Below, one piece after another: positions 1 through 11,439 of a DNA stretch of 64,000 bases. The position numbers and the translations under genes were made by a program. The notes under the pieces were generated by a model. The model searched no databases, was not told the DNA's origin, and saw nothing but the letters and a program-made list of their open reading frames with translations. Every line of letters begins with the position of its first letter. Positions within the stretch are counted from its first letter, which is position 1. Source of the DNA: Candidatus Methanomethylicia archaeon (GTDB lineage Archaea; Thermoproteota; Methanomethylicia; CALHIW01); the NCBI GenBank assembly GCA_038845975.1, contig JAWBQF010000003.1, forward strand, positions 64,001-128,000, read 5' to 3'.

Positions 1-154
1 AAAACGTAATCACTTCTATTCTAAATGTGGCTGAGGCATTTGAACGAAAAAGCTAGAATTACCTGCTAAAATTGAGCGATGATACCCCATAAGGTTCTAA
101 TTCAAGGGTTTAAATGAGGATGATAGCCTATTTCCCGGCACTTATGCTTGTGCT

Positions 155-273
155 GCACGTCAGTTTGTAACGAAATTCCTTAATTTATCATAAATGTGTA
201 TATAAACAAGGTGGTCTGAGGTTAGGTTATGGCCGAGTCAACATGAATAAACTATTTCGTTACAAGCTAGTGC
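155..273. repeat. Possible ~120-bp MITE (imperfect terminal inverted repeats)
   Basis: GCACGTCAGTTTGTAACGAAAT (155-176) vs ATTTCGTTACAAGCTAGTGC (254-273); 12-bp perfect core TTGTAACGAAAT. Confidence 0.3.
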
Positions 274-479
274 CGAAGAATGTAAGCTTTATTATCCATT
301 TATGTGAGGTTTTAAATTAACTAGGCTTTCATCAACCTTAAACTCGCATAGATCCATCTAATTTCCATCTAGCCATTTCAAAGTTGAACTCAACGTTATT
401 GTGGGTTAGCTATCTATAAATCCCACAATGGCTATAATGATTGTGAGTTATAATATAGACTATTAGAGTCAAATTCTTT

Positions 480-1013
480 TCATGCTTTTCTTAAGGTTTT
501 TCTCGTTTCCATTATCATCCTATCGATGTCTACAAGTCTTTTTTTAACGTCTTCAATATCTAGTTTTGCCTCGTGGAAACCCCATACGTGTAGATAGTTT
601 GCTTGGGCCCAAGCATCATAGAACCATTTTCCAAGTTTATCACTAATTCTTGAAGTACTCTTCTCAAGCTCCGTAACAGTCCATCTGCCTCTCTCCCTAA
701 CCTTCACTAATATATCTTCAAATTTAAAGTGTATTGCTAGAGCTTTAATGCATTCTTCTGCTGCTTTATAAAGTTTCTCGCTTGTCTGTACTGGATCTTT
801 ATCTATAAGCTGTTTTCCTTCTTCAAGAAATCTTTCAGCAAGTTCAGCGTGAATTTCTAGGATACTCTGCGGATCTAGTTTAAGTTCTTTAATAATAGTA
901 TCGATGACGTAAGCTTCAGGATCTACATTAAGTTCTTTAAGTTTGGAAGCAAGCTTTTCAGGTAGGATTATTTGAAGCGACATAATATCACTGCCAGATA
1001 AAAGCCTAAGCAA
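480..1013 (-). CDS. PaREP1-family (HEPN-like) protein
   Basis: Motifs DPVQTSEKLYKAAEECIKALA, GRWTVTELEK and LHVWGFHEAKL; true start probably ATG at 983. Confidence 0.85.
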   Translation of the reverse strand: MLRLLSGSDIMSLQIILPEKLASKLKELNVDPEAYVIDTIIKELKLDPQSILEIHAELAERFLEEGKQLIDKDPVQTSEKLYKAAEECIKALAIHFKFEDILVKVRERGRWTVTELEKSTSRISDKLGKWFYDAWAQANYLHVWGFHEAKLDIEDVKKRLVDIDRMIMETRKTLRKA

Positions 1014-1375
1014 GTTAATAAATATTGCTTAGCTTTCCCTGCCTTAAAGAGTAGTAGGATTTTTATCTTCTCCCCTACATGAAATTGACAAGAAACCCTA
1101 TGGTTGTGGGTGAATGCTACATAAATAACTGTGAGAATAGAGCATCAATACTAAATGGCTAAAATTCATATAGGAATATGTAAGGATAACATAAGTCTAT
1201 ACCTACAGTCCTCAACATGTAGAAGATTAAGGAGAATAAACCTAACATAAGCAATAATAGAACCTTAAAATAATCTACATATCAATAGCCGTAAAATCTT
1301 ATTAAGAATGAAATCTGACTTTAAGTTTTGAATAACAAATTATTTAAACCCATACTTAACTCTTAAAGTGGCTGT

Positions 1376-2065
1376 ATGTCCTTGCTGAGGAAAATCGTTG
1401 ATAGCTATATGCAGAAGGTTTCGGGCTTGAAAGAGCATTGTGATAGATGTCTTAGAACGGAGAGATGGGGAGGAAGCGTTGTTTTAATGATTGTAGATGC
1501 TGCCTTTACTTCAATTGGCTTAAACTATTTTACTGCTGTAGTTCCAAAGGTTGAGGAATTTAATAGAAAATTTGTTGAAAATGGAAGAATAAGGAATCTT
1601 AAGGATCTTAAAGAGGCAGACATAGACGAGTTGAGAAGCATATGGAGGAATAATAGATCGTGGATTATTGCTAAGGAAATTGCCTCTTATCTTTCAAGTT
1701 TAAGTGAAGATGATAAAGCAGCTATTAGAGCTTGGGCAGGAAATGCTAGTCTTGAAAAATGGAGAGAAGATCCTATTGGAAGGATTAAAGGAGTTGGATT
1801 AATTACCTTTCAATATCTTAGAATGATGGGAGGTATTGATACTGTTATGCCTGATAAAATAGTTAAAAGGGTTATAAATGAGATTTTAGTTAAAGCTAAA
1901 TTAGAGCCTGTTAACGATGATGTTGAGTTTATAAGGAAGGCTGAGGAGGTTGCGTTAAGATGTGGATATCGACCTATAGAGCTTTGCTGGATGACTTGGC
2001 TTATTCAGCCTGAGGGGAAAATGATGAGAATGGAGAAATATTTAAGCATCCTCTCAAAAATCTAG
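1376..2065 (+). CDS. Conserved archaeal protein with helix-hairpin-helix (HhH-GPD glycosylase-like) motif
   Basis: IKGVGLITFQYLRMMGGIDTVMPD resembles HhH plus the catalytic Asp; TTTAAA box upstream. Confidence 0.55.
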   Translation: MSLLRKIVDSYMQKVSGLKEHCDRCLRTERWGGSVVLMIVDAAFTSIGLNYFTAVVPKVEEFNRKFVENGRIRNLKDLKEADIDELRSIWRNNRSWIIAKEIASYLSSLSEDDKAAIRAWAGNASLEKWREDPIGRIKGVGLITFQYLRMMGGIDTVMPDKIVKRVINEILVKAKLEPVNDDVEFIRKAEEVALRCGYRPIELCWMTWLIQPEGKMMRMEKYLSILSKI

Positions 2066-2462
2066 ATTCAATGCGGAATTTCTATTACGGTCACAGTTAG
2101 CAACTCTTATTTCCTTAACTCTCCAATTTCTCCTTCAATTAGCTTTTTCCTTAATAGCTTTGCGTCCTTATCTTTGCTTTACCGCAAATAGTTGGAGACA
2201 GCTTATTCAGTATGATAGAGTCTTGTTTTGTCGGCTACGCTTATCTCGACTTTTCATCTAGAGTATAGTAGATATTAAATTACTTTACACATCCTCTTTA
2301 CAAGATATACATTCTATGTTTCTTAACTCTTACATTTAAGCACTGTAGAATACTTCATAGTAATAAGAAAAAACTAAAATTAGCCGTTAATACTGATAAT
2401 CTGGCAATACCTATTTTGCTAAGATATATTAATATGTAAATTAGGATTTAGTAGGTATCTAA

Positions 2463-3020
2463 ATGGTTAGTAAATGGTTTAACTATCTAGGGAAAACTAA
2501 ACCTATCTATACGATTGGGCATTCAAATAGGAGCTTTAATGATTTTATGAATTTGCTTATGAGAAATAATGTAAATGTATTGGTTGATATTAGAAGATAT
2601 CCCCATTCAAAACTAGCATGGTTTAGTAGAGATAATTTAAGTAAATTATCAAGTTATGGAGTTAAATATTACTCATTTCCTGAACTTGGAGCTTTAGGTA
2701 TTGCTAAGTATGTGAAGCCTCTTCAAGATATTAATTGTACGAGTTCACTGACATATAGATCATACATAACACATATACTTACGAGCCTAAACGCTAAATT
2801 CAGAATTAAAGAGATTATAAATATGGTGAATAATGACTTATCCATATGTTTAATGTGTTGCGAAAAGCTTCCATGGAGATGTCACAGGAGATTTCTAAGC
2901 GATTACTTTAAAGCTTTTAGATATGATGTTATTCATATCATTGATTTTAATAGGGTAATTATACATAAAGGAACTAGATGCTACAACTATATTAAGGATA
3001 AAATACCTATTACTCATTAA
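2463..3020 (+). CDS. DUF488 family protein
   Basis: IYTIGHSNR, LVDIRRYPHS and LMCCEKLPWRCHRRFL motifs. Confidence 0.85.
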   Translation: MVSKWFNYLGKTKPIYTIGHSNRSFNDFMNLLMRNNVNVLVDIRRYPHSKLAWFSRDNLSKLSSYGVKYYSFPELGALGIAKYVKPLQDINCTSSLTYRSYITHILTSLNAKFRIKEIINMVNNDLSICLMCCEKLPWRCHRRFLSDYFKAFRYDVIHIIDFNRVIIHKGTRCYNYIKDKIPITH

Positions 3021-3079
3021 AGCTTATTCATGTTTAAACTTCTTCATGAAGTTTTCCATATTAGCTTAGCTATACTAGT

Positions 3080-3919
3080 CTATGGTGAATGTTTAGATTG
3101 AAATTTTCTAAATTCTTCATTATCCATATGGTAGCTATGCTCATCTGTTGGGAATCTTCCTGACTTAACATCTTCACTATAGCTTTTTAATACGTTAAGA
3201 ATAACTTCGCTAAGATTAATGTATTGCTTAATAAACTTTGGCTTCTCCATCCACATTGTTAATCCAAGAATGTCTGTTACTACAAGAACCTGTCCATCAC
3301 AGTATGGACCGGAGCCAACACCTATAGTTGGTATACTTAGTTTCTCAGTAATAACCTTAGCTACTTCGGAAGCTACAAGCTCAAGTACAACTGCAAATAC
3401 CCCAGCCTTTTCAAGAGCTTCCGCATCCCTAATAACACGTTCCGCCGACTCTACATCCCTACCTTGAACTCTATACCCTCCAAGTAGAGCATAGCGTTGA
3501 GGAGTTAAGCCTATATGACCCATGACGGGAATACCTGCATTCACAATAGCTCTTACAATCTCCACTATTTCAGCTCCTCCCTCTACCTTAACGGCATCAC
3601 ATCCAGCCCTCATGAGTAAGCCAGCATTCCTTACAGCGTCTCTTATACTACTATAAGACATGAAGGGCATATCCCCGACAATAAAAGCCCTCTTAATTCC
3701 TTTAACCACAGCTTTTACATGGTGAAGCATATCTCTCATAGTTACAGGTAGTGTACTCGAATATCCGAGCATAACCATCCCTACAGAATCTCCTATAAGA
3801 ACAGCATCAATACCTGCCTGATCAACAAGTATAGCTGTAGGATAATCGTAAGCAGTAATCATCGTAATCTTTTCCCTATTCTTCTTCATATTTAGAAGTT
3901 GAGGTATAGTTACCTTCAT
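3080..3919 (-). CDS. panB: 3-methyl-2-oxobutanoate hydroxymethyltransferase
   Basis: TAYDY, LIGDSVGM, VKVEGG, GHIGLTPQ and DGQVLV motifs. Confidence 0.97.
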   Translation of the reverse strand: MKVTIPQLLNMKKNREKITMITAYDYPTAILVDQAGIDAVLIGDSVGMVMLGYSSTLPVTMRDMLHHVKAVVKGIKRAFIVGDMPFMSYSSIRDAVRNAGLLMRAGCDAVKVEGGAEIVEIVRAIVNAGIPVMGHIGLTPQRYALLGGYRVQGRDVESAERVIRDAEALEKAGVFAVVLELVASEVAKVITEKLSIPTIGVGSGPYCDGQVLVVTDILGLTMWMEKPKFIKQYINLSEVILNVLKSYSEDVKSGRFPTDEHSYHMDNEEFRKFQSKHSP

Positions 3920-4053
3920 AAGACATCAATTACCAACTACTATTTAAGCCTTCTGCAGGTTAAAAGATAATTTTATGGAGCTTTCAATTATATGTTTACA
4001 TAATTAAAATTATATTTCTAACATGCTTTATAACTTAACAGTATTTTAACATT

Positions 4054-5091
4054 TTATCTGTTACGATTTAAGTATTCCCTAAGCCTTTGAGCTACTTCTT
4101 CAGGTAGTGTTTCAATTACACATTCACCATGCCATATTTCAAGTACGCCACCATAGGCTGTATAGTATGGTTTAAATAATGGTCTTGAAGCTATTCTTAA
4201 ATTTAACCTATAGTATTTTAAGCTATCCCCTATACCTGCGGAGAATGTTGAGATATTAAATGAGTTTACACCATCCTTCTTGTAGAATTTCAAGATTAGT
4301 GATATGAAATCAGCGAGGTCTCTTGCCTCCTGTTTACCTATATCTGTTAAGCTACATATATCTTTAAATATGAGCTGAATCTCCCTATTGGCTTGAGGAG
4401 CAAAACTAGCTATAGCGGCTATGGATCTATTCTCCCCAATCCATCTATCACCATTTCTTTCAGCTTCAATTAAATCAATCCAGTAGCATCTTCCATTCTT
4501 GTTGAAATACTCTCTACTCCTCTTTAAAAGAAGTTTCTGCTGTATTGTTGGTTTTCTATCAACTATTACCTGCGTATGTGGATGTATAATTGATGCGGCA
4601 GCTGATGGTAGGTGATTCCATAGCCATAATGGATATCTTACCCTGCCATGTCTTTTATTAACTCTCATAACATACTTTACACATGCAAGTATATTATCAA
4701 TAATCATTTCTGGTGTAAACTCATCCAGTTCTAGAAAGTGTTTACTAGTCATTACTGCAACAGCATGATGCTCAGCGAAAGGATAACGATTAGGGAAAAC
4801 ATAGTATCCATCCCTTATCCTACCATTCCTCCAAATATCTCTAGGGAATAAAGGTGTATTCCTCTCTATGTTCTCAGGACAGAAGGGGCAATTAACTCTT
4901 GTTTTCTCAATAAAGCCCATAACATCAACATTAGTTTCCACCTGCTTTAGTCTTAAAGCTCTCTTAACATTTATTCTACTACGTATTCCAGTTAAAGGAT
5001 CAAACCTATACTCTATGGTTTGAGCTTCAAGCCTAAATTCTGGAGGAGCATAGAGCTTTGCTTCTCTGAAATCCTTCTTAAATTTCACCAT
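4054..5091 (-). CDS. Galactose-1-phosphate uridylyltransferase (GalT)-like HIT protein
   Basis: EYRFDPLTG, CPFCP, FPNRYP and ASIIHPHTQ (HxHxQ). Confidence 0.8.
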   Translation of the reverse strand: MVKFKKDFREAKLYAPPEFRLEAQTIEYRFDPLTGIRSRINVKRALRLKQVETNVDVMGFIEKTRVNCPFCPENIERNTPLFPRDIWRNGRIRDGYYVFPNRYPFAEHHAVAVMTSKHFLELDEFTPEMIIDNILACVKYVMRVNKRHGRVRYPLWLWNHLPSAAASIIHPHTQVIVDRKPTIQQKLLLKRSREYFNKNGRCYWIDLIEAERNGDRWIGENRSIAAIASFAPQANREIQLIFKDICSLTDIGKQEARDLADFISLILKFYKKDGVNSFNISTFSAGIGDSLKYYRLNLRIASRPLFKPYYTAYGGVLEIWHGECVIETLPEEVAQRLREYLNRNR

Positions 5092-5137
5092 AATATATAC
5101 TCTCTTCCAAACTTATGAGTTTTACCCTATCAGTAAG

Positions 5138-5843
5138 GGCTTTGTTAACTTTAGATTTATTTGGGAGTTCTCTCCCTTATTTATGGTGAATTATGGTTAA
5201 AGTTGTTAGGTTTGTAGGGAGTGAACTCCATTTACTCTAGTTGTTTATTACTTATATATTTCCGTTCTTCTAGAATGGCTTCAGATATTTAGTTTATTGT
5301 TGTAGGAGTTATTCTATATTATCGTGGTTTATCTTAATCTTCTATTGATGGGAGGGATGTTAGGATTGTTATGGTTGATCTATTGTAAGTAGGTTTTAAG
5401 AGTAAGGTTATTTATGTTGCGTTTGAGCCATTATTGAGGAGGATTCTCTATGTATGGGTTTGTGATGTTGCAAATATACTTACATCACTAACATTCCTTA
5501 AAAGATTAGAGCTATTTATGGTTCAAATATAGTTGTATTAAGTGATGGTGCTCATTATTATAAAGCATCATGTAGAATATTAAAATTAAAACATGAATTG
5601 TATAGTTTAGAAGTTAGAATTAATGGAGAGAATAATACAATACATTAAGGATAGAACTAAGCTATTCGATAACTACATACCATGCATGAAGGATAGATGT
5701 GATGGTGAACATGTATTAATGCTTATAAAATCAATAATATACATACTAAACAAACATGGATTAACAGGAAAATAAAAGCTAAGGAATTCATAGAAACACA
5801 ATACCAAAATAGAGGTAATAAACATGCTTAAGTTAACAAAGCC
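5138..5843 (+). mobile_element. IS6-family element, copy A (transposase frameshifted)
   Basis: Perfect 14-bp TIR GGCTTTGTTAACTT/AAGTTAACAAAGCC; 8-bp target duplication TCAGTAAG; DDE relics VAFEP, VLSDGAHYYKASC and MERIIQYIKDRTKLFDN. Confidence 0.9.
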
Positions 5844-5919
5844 TCAGTAAGTTTATCATATGGTAAATTATAGTTTAATTAGTGTAAAGTTAATTAGTTA
5901 GATCTATTAATCTGTACTA

Positions 5920-6846
5920 ATGAAGTGTACAAAATGTAGGAGGAGGCAAGCAGTATATTTAAGATCTTATTCAGGTGAAATGCTTTGCAGGTTTTGCTTT
6001 AAACGTTCATTAGAAGTGAAGGTTAAAAACACAATATCAAAGTATAGGCTTCTAAGCCATAACGACTCTATTCTTATTGCTGTTTCAGGAGGTAAGGATT
6101 CGTTAACTCTACTTAAGACTTTATGGAGGATTGAGAGTAGAATTCCAAGTGTTACTTTAGCTGTATTAACAATTGATGAGGGAGCTACTAGAAGCTATAG
6201 AGCAGAGGGGTTGAAGTTATCTAGGAAGATATGTGAAGATCTTAAAATCCCTCACTACATAGTATCCTTTAAGGAATATGTTGGCTATACGCTAAAGGAG
6301 CTATGGAGTAGGATTCAGGAGAAGAAGCTGGAGCTACTACCATGCTCCTACTGTGGAGTTTTAAGAAGAAGAATAATGAATACATTTGCTAAAGACCACG
6401 GCTTTACAAAGATAGCTACAGGCCATAATCTTGATGATGAAGTTCAAACATTCATAATGAACATAATGAGAGGAGATTACAGTAAACTATTCCGTTTCGG
6501 GGCTTCAATGGAGGTTGTTCCAGGATTTATACCAAGAATAAAACCTCTCAGATATATACCGGAGAAAGAAATTGCTTTTTATGCTTTTCTTGAAGGATTT
6601 AAGCTCTATGAGACTGAATGTCCCTATGTTCATCTATCAATGCGTGACGAAATAAGGTTTATGTTAAATGATTTTGAACGTAGATATCCTGGAATTAAGT
6701 TTTCAATAATGTCAGTAATGGATAAACTGAGTAAACAATTCAGTAAGTTAAGCAAGACATACTTCAAAACTTGTATAAGTTGTGGAGAACCAACATCAAG
6801 AGATAAATGTAGAGTATGTGAAATCATGGATTTAGTAAGTACATGA
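5920..6846 (+). CDS. ttuA: tRNA 2-thiolation protein (TtuA/Ncs6, TIGR00269-like)
   Basis: N- and C-terminal Zn fingers, PP-loop SGGKDS, CSYCGVLRR, TGHNLDD and ECPY. Confidence 0.9.
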   Translation: MKCTKCRRRQAVYLRSYSGEMLCRFCFKRSLEVKVKNTISKYRLLSHNDSILIAVSGGKDSLTLLKTLWRIESRIPSVTLAVLTIDEGATRSYRAEGLKLSRKICEDLKIPHYIVSFKEYVGYTLKELWSRIQEKKLELLPCSYCGVLRRRIMNTFAKDHGFTKIATGHNLDDEVQTFIMNIMRGDYSKLFRFGASMEVVPGFIPRIKPLRYIPEKEIAFYAFLEGFKLYETECPYVHLSMRDEIRFMLNDFERRYPGIKFSIMSVMDKLSKQFSKLSKTYFKTCISCGEPTSRDKCRVCEIMDLVST

Positions 6847-7149
6847 GTAAAGTTAGTGATACAGTTTAAGCATTATAATTCTCATACCTGAAATTAAAAG
6901 CTTATTCAAGATTATATGAAGTCCCCATGTCTTCCATTCTGGTTCATGAATTAAATCAATTTAAGATGTATTGATTAGCTCCCATTCCACTGAGAGATAA
7001 AGTTAGAACTCTATATAAAGGTCTTCTTGAAGTGACTGTAAGCCAAGCCAATCACGAAGATGTATCCCATAAATGCTTAGTAAAGTTCTAAATAGGAAAG
7101 GGCAGGATGGGGAACTATAGTATTCAATGTATTACTTGCAAACCCATAG

Positions 7150-9327
7150 TTAACTTACTTTAGAATAACAAGAATAATGTTTGAAACTGTAAATCCATTC
7201 TGGTTGTTGTGGAGCTTCCTTATTCTTAATCATTTCCCTCCATGCTTCATCTGTTAATCTATCGTTCTGAGGCCATGTGAATTCGTAGTAGCTCATCGTT
7301 GAGCCTGCTGCTAAATATGTTTTACTGTTTTCAGTTATATATGTAACTATTACTATGTCGAAGTATCCTGTTCCCACTTCAAGCACCATACTACTATTTG
7401 GATCTGTAAAGACATCAGTTATTATTCTTGAATCCTTCACCCTCCCTACAAAGTCTCTAAATAAATCTCTTATTTGATCATGGTATGATTTTATTAGGTA
7501 TTCCTCGTCTTCACTCAGTTTCTCTCCATTTAACTCCTTAATGGATATGTTGATCAGTAGTCTAAGGATTTGAGATAGTTTACCTAGCTTTTCACCATAT
7601 ACATCATTAATGAGATTCAGATTCTTTAGCCCGGTTGATGTAGCATCTACAAGGTTTTTAAGTCTTGAGTATAGTAGAGGGTTAGGCTCAACATAGCCGT
7701 AATGTGGTGGTTTTGGCGGTAGGGCTACTTTTGCAGCATATGGTTGTTTAGCGTATAGTATTGTATCATGTCTTAGCTGAGTCCAGCTTGCTAGAGCTGT
7801 ACTTAGGCTTTTATCAAGCCATGCTTCAGTCCTCATGTAGCTTGGATATCCCTCCGGAACCGGGCTTAGTAAAGCTTTAATTGTGTAGAGCCAATTCATG
7901 TATAGTGTTTCAGTCCATTCTCTACCAGTAATGCTCTCTACAAACTTCTTCATTTCCTCAAGCTTTTCAGAGTATCCTTTATATTTTGCTTTTTCATCCT
8001 CAAGATATTTCTCAGCTCTTTCAGATCCTAGAGCAGCCATTATATCCATTCCCTTAACCATAAATCTATAAATGTTTGGATAGCATAGTGATTGATGTAT
8101 GTATCCATCTATAATAAACCTCTGACCCATAAATCTTAAGCCAGCTATTCTAACTCTTTCTTGAGGATATATTGGAACATTAACTATTCTGGATTTGTCA
8201 AGCTTAACAATTTCATCCTGGAATCTTGAAAGCTTATCTCCATCACTAATCATGTTTGGATTAAAGTTTAAACCATATATCTCCATAGCCTTCTCAATGT
8301 AATCGTATAGGGTTAAATCATCTGATTTTCCAATTATAAATGCTGTTGGAACATATATTTTCTCCCAAATACTTAAAGCAGTTTCCCCTGAAATTTTTGT
8401 TGTAAGTATTAGGTATGTTAGAATTAATGCTTGAGCAGTCTGTATCCTAGCAAGTTCAGGATTAAACGGATCAGAAGCTTCAAACCTCATTCTTCCAAGC
8501 CACATCATCGCCTTAAAATACCTCTTCAACGTGTCGTTAACCGTATAGTGTCCTCTAGGTTTATATTGAGTATAATCCTCAATATACTTGAATATTGGGC
8601 TTTCAGCCTCAGTATCCTCAGCCTTATCTATAAGCCTCAACTCCATATCAGCAATTCCTGAAACTTGTTTGGGAACTATATAGCTAGGATTTAGAAGCTT
8701 ATAGGCTACGGAAAGATATGCAAGATCTCTTTCAGCTGCCTCTCTTACAAGCATATTTTGAGTTAATGAATCAATTATCCTTAAAATCTCATCTATAAGT
8801 GATTTAAGAAGCTTCTCTAGCAATGGATAAAACCTATTTTGCTCCATATCTATTAAAAGCTGATTGAAGAATGCATGATAAATAAATAAAATAGAATCTG
8901 ATGAAATGTATATCGGTATACCTAAATCATGAATATACATATAGATGTCCAAGAGATCGTTAAAGGAGCTGCCTATAACAACAAAACCATTACTTTTAAG
9001 CTTCTCTATAGCTTCACTACTTAATTTAAGCTTACTGGAAACATCATTGAAATTCAATACTTTATCTAGATCTAGCGGTAACATGTATTGGGAAGCATTA
9101 CCATGAGAAACATGAACCTCAACTCCATTAATTCTAAAAGCAGAAAAACCCATAATAACAGGTGTAATGGTAATTGGGGATATTGTTAAAGATTTAGAGG
9201 TTATGGTGAGTGATGTATGAGATATTGGTGATTTAGAAGGTATCATAACCATTACTGCAACTATAGATATAATGATTACTATTACGATTACTAAGGCTAT
9301 AATTTTAGATATAGCATATGAAGTCAT
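7150..9327 (-). CDS. DUF3160-domain membrane-anchored protein
   Basis: N-terminal TM; YTQYKPRGHY, RFMGQRF, WTQLRHDTILYAKQ and RLTDEAW motifs. Confidence 0.85.
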   Translation of the reverse strand: MTSYAISKIIALVIVIVIIISIVAVMVMIPSKSPISHTSLTITSKSLTISPITITPVIMGFSAFRINGVEVHVSHGNASQYMLPLDLDKVLNFNDVSSKLKLSSEAIEKLKSNGFVVIGSSFNDLLDIYMYIHDLGIPIYISSDSILFIYHAFFNQLLIDMEQNRFYPLLEKLLKSLIDEILRIIDSLTQNMLVREAAERDLAYLSVAYKLLNPSYIVPKQVSGIADMELRLIDKAEDTEAESPIFKYIEDYTQYKPRGHYTVNDTLKRYFKAMMWLGRMRFEASDPFNPELARIQTAQALILTYLILTTKISGETALSIWEKIYVPTAFIIGKSDDLTLYDYIEKAMEIYGLNFNPNMISDGDKLSRFQDEIVKLDKSRIVNVPIYPQERVRIAGLRFMGQRFIIDGYIHQSLCYPNIYRFMVKGMDIMAALGSERAEKYLEDEKAKYKGYSEKLEEMKKFVESITGREWTETLYMNWLYTIKALLSPVPEGYPSYMRTEAWLDKSLSTALASWTQLRHDTILYAKQPYAAKVALPPKPPHYGYVEPNPLLYSRLKNLVDATSTGLKNLNLINDVYGEKLGKLSQILRLLINISIKELNGEKLSEDEEYLIKSYHDQIRDLFRDFVGRVKDSRIITDVFTDPNSSMVLEVGTGYFDIVIVTYITENSKTYLAAGSTMSYYEFTWPQNDRLTDEAWREMIKNKEAPQQPEWIYSFKHYSCYSKVS

Positions 9328-9372
9328 AAGTTAAAATTCTATAAGCTTTAAATATTTAATGCACCAGTAATA

Positions 9373-9470
9373 CGTTCTATGAATTTTAGCTTTATTTAAA
9401 TTTCTCTTATTTATGATGGTATGGTTAGGTTTATTAGGGAAAGAACCTATTTATTTTAGATGTTATCTAA
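9373..9470 (+). mobile_element. Degraded left-end remnant of the IS6 element
   Basis: Aligns by eye to the first ~100 bp of copies A-D. Confidence 0.5.
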
Positions 9471-9514
9471 ATTATAAGGATAGTTCTATAACCATGGGAA
9501 AAAATGGGTTAATG

Positions 9515-9958
9515 TTATTCCATGCCCCATTTTTTGGTTATTTTCACTATTAGAAAGATTACAAAGGCCACTATAATAAATGTTATTATGGATACAAGGA
9601 AGTTTCCAATGCCAAATAGTTGTCCTGTCCAGTTTGGATCTATTGGGTTTCCTTGGGGGTCTAAGGCTGTTGGTGGAACAGCGATTCTTAAAGTGGATAG
9701 GTTTCCCAAGCCAGGAAGTGCTAACCCTATTAGTGGCATTAATATATCCTTGACAAGCGACTGTACAACTTGACCGACATAAACACCCATGATGAAAGCT
9801 ACAGCAAGCCCTAACACTTTATATTTAGAAATGAAGTCTATGAACTCATTCCATAGGCTTTTTTTGGGCGGTGGAGCAGGCTTAGGCTCTAATAGCATCT
9901 TTATATCCTTCAAAACCTTCAGAATCTCTTCACCCACATTTTCTTCTATCTTAGACAT
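9515..9958 (-). CDS. mscL: Large-conductance mechanosensitive channel
   Basis: EFIDFISKYKVLGLAVAFIMG, SLVKDILMP and GNFLVSIITFIIVAF. Confidence 0.92.
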   Translation of the reverse strand: MSKIEENVGEEILKVLKDIKMLLEPKPAPPPKKSLWNEFIDFISKYKVLGLAVAFIMGVYVGQVVQSLVKDILMPLIGLALPGLGNLSTLRIAVPPTALDPQGNPIDPNWTGQLFGIGNFLVSIITFIIVAFVIFLIVKITKKWGME

Positions 9959-10017
9959 GCAACATTCTCCTTTAAGAAATTATCACAAAATTATTTAAAC
10001 TTTTCTTCCTTATTTAT

Positions 10018-10731
10018 GGCTTTGTTAACTTTAGATTTATTTGGGAGTTCTCTCCCTTATTTATGGTGTTAGTATGTCTAAAGTTGTTAGATTTGTTAGG
10101 GAGAGAACTCCATTTACTCTAGTTGTTTATGGTGCTTATATATTATTCCCATTCATGTTCTTCTAGGATGGCTTCAGATATTCTAAGCTTATTGTTGTTA
10201 GGAGTTATTCTATATTATCATGGTTTATCTTAATCTTCTATTGATGGGAGGGATGTTAGGATTGTGGTTGATGATACTATTATTAGTGTGGGGTCTATGA
10301 GGAGGATTGTTTATGTTGCGTTTGAGCCATTGTTGAGGAGGATTCTATATGTATGGGTTTGCGATATTGCAACATACTTACATCACTAACATTCCTTAAA
10401 AGATTAAAACTACCTATGGTTCTAATATAGTTGTATTAAGTGATGGAGCTCATTATTATAAAGCATCATGTAAGATATTAAAATTAAACATTATATAGTT
10501 TAGAGGTTAGAATTAATGGATGGAATAATACAGTATGTTAAGGATAGAACTAAGCTATTCGATAATTATATACCGTGCATGAGGATAAATGCGGTAATGA
10601 GCATGCATTAATGCTTATGAAGTCAATAATATACATACTAAACAAACATGGATAAGGAAGATAAAAGCTAAGAATTCTAGAAACACAATAACAAAATAGA
10701 GGTAATAAAACATGATTAAGTTAACAAAGCC
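10018..10731 (+). mobile_element. IS6-family element, copy B (frameshifted, flanks not duplicated)
   Basis: Same perfect TIRs; flanks TTATTTAT and TGAGAAAG do not match. Confidence 0.9.
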
Positions 10732-10780
10732 TGAGAAAGTATAGTAAAATTTATATTTAATTGATGAAATTTATATTGCT

Positions 10781-11295
10781 ATGCCTCCACATCATATTGG
10801 TTATCGTATAGGTGAGGCTTTAGTTGGGGAGGGGGATGAAATAGCTCATATTGACTTAATAGTTGGAGATAAGGATGGACTGTTGGTGTAGCTTTTGCAG
10901 CTGCATTAGCTTCTCAAAACCCGGGGCATACAACACTATTTGCTGTTTTAGCTCCAAATCTACTAGTAAAGCCTGTAACTCTCATTGCTCCTAAGGTAAC
11001 GATTAAGAATATGAAGCAAGCTGAACTAGCTTTCGGCCCAGCTCAGTATGCAATAGCTAAAGCTGTTATAGATTCTGTTGCTGAAAATATAATTCCAAAA
11101 CATATTGTTGAGGATATTGTAATTATATGTGGCTTATTTATTCATCCTAATGCTAAGGATCCAGATAAGGTTTTTAAGTATAATTATGATGCTGTAAAGT
11201 TAGCTTTAAAAAGAGCATTAATATGTGAACCATCTATTGATGAAGTGCTTGCTAAGAGGGATACTGCAATACATCCATTCTATAAACCAAAATAA
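10781..11295 (+). pseudogene. fae: Formaldehyde-activating enzyme with a single-base frameshift near 10880
   Basis: [24 protein letters not shown], then a shifted frame [36 protein letters not shown]; length 515 nt is not a multiple of 3. Confidence 0.85.
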
Positions 11296-11439
11296 TCTTT
11301 TTTGCAATACATCTATTCCTTAACACTTAGTTAATTCAACATATACATTATGTAGTATTTATTTTAGCTTTGTAGAGTGTAGTTTTAGTTTAACATATTA
11401 ACAATTTATCTTATATATGATTTCCCCAATTCTTGAATA

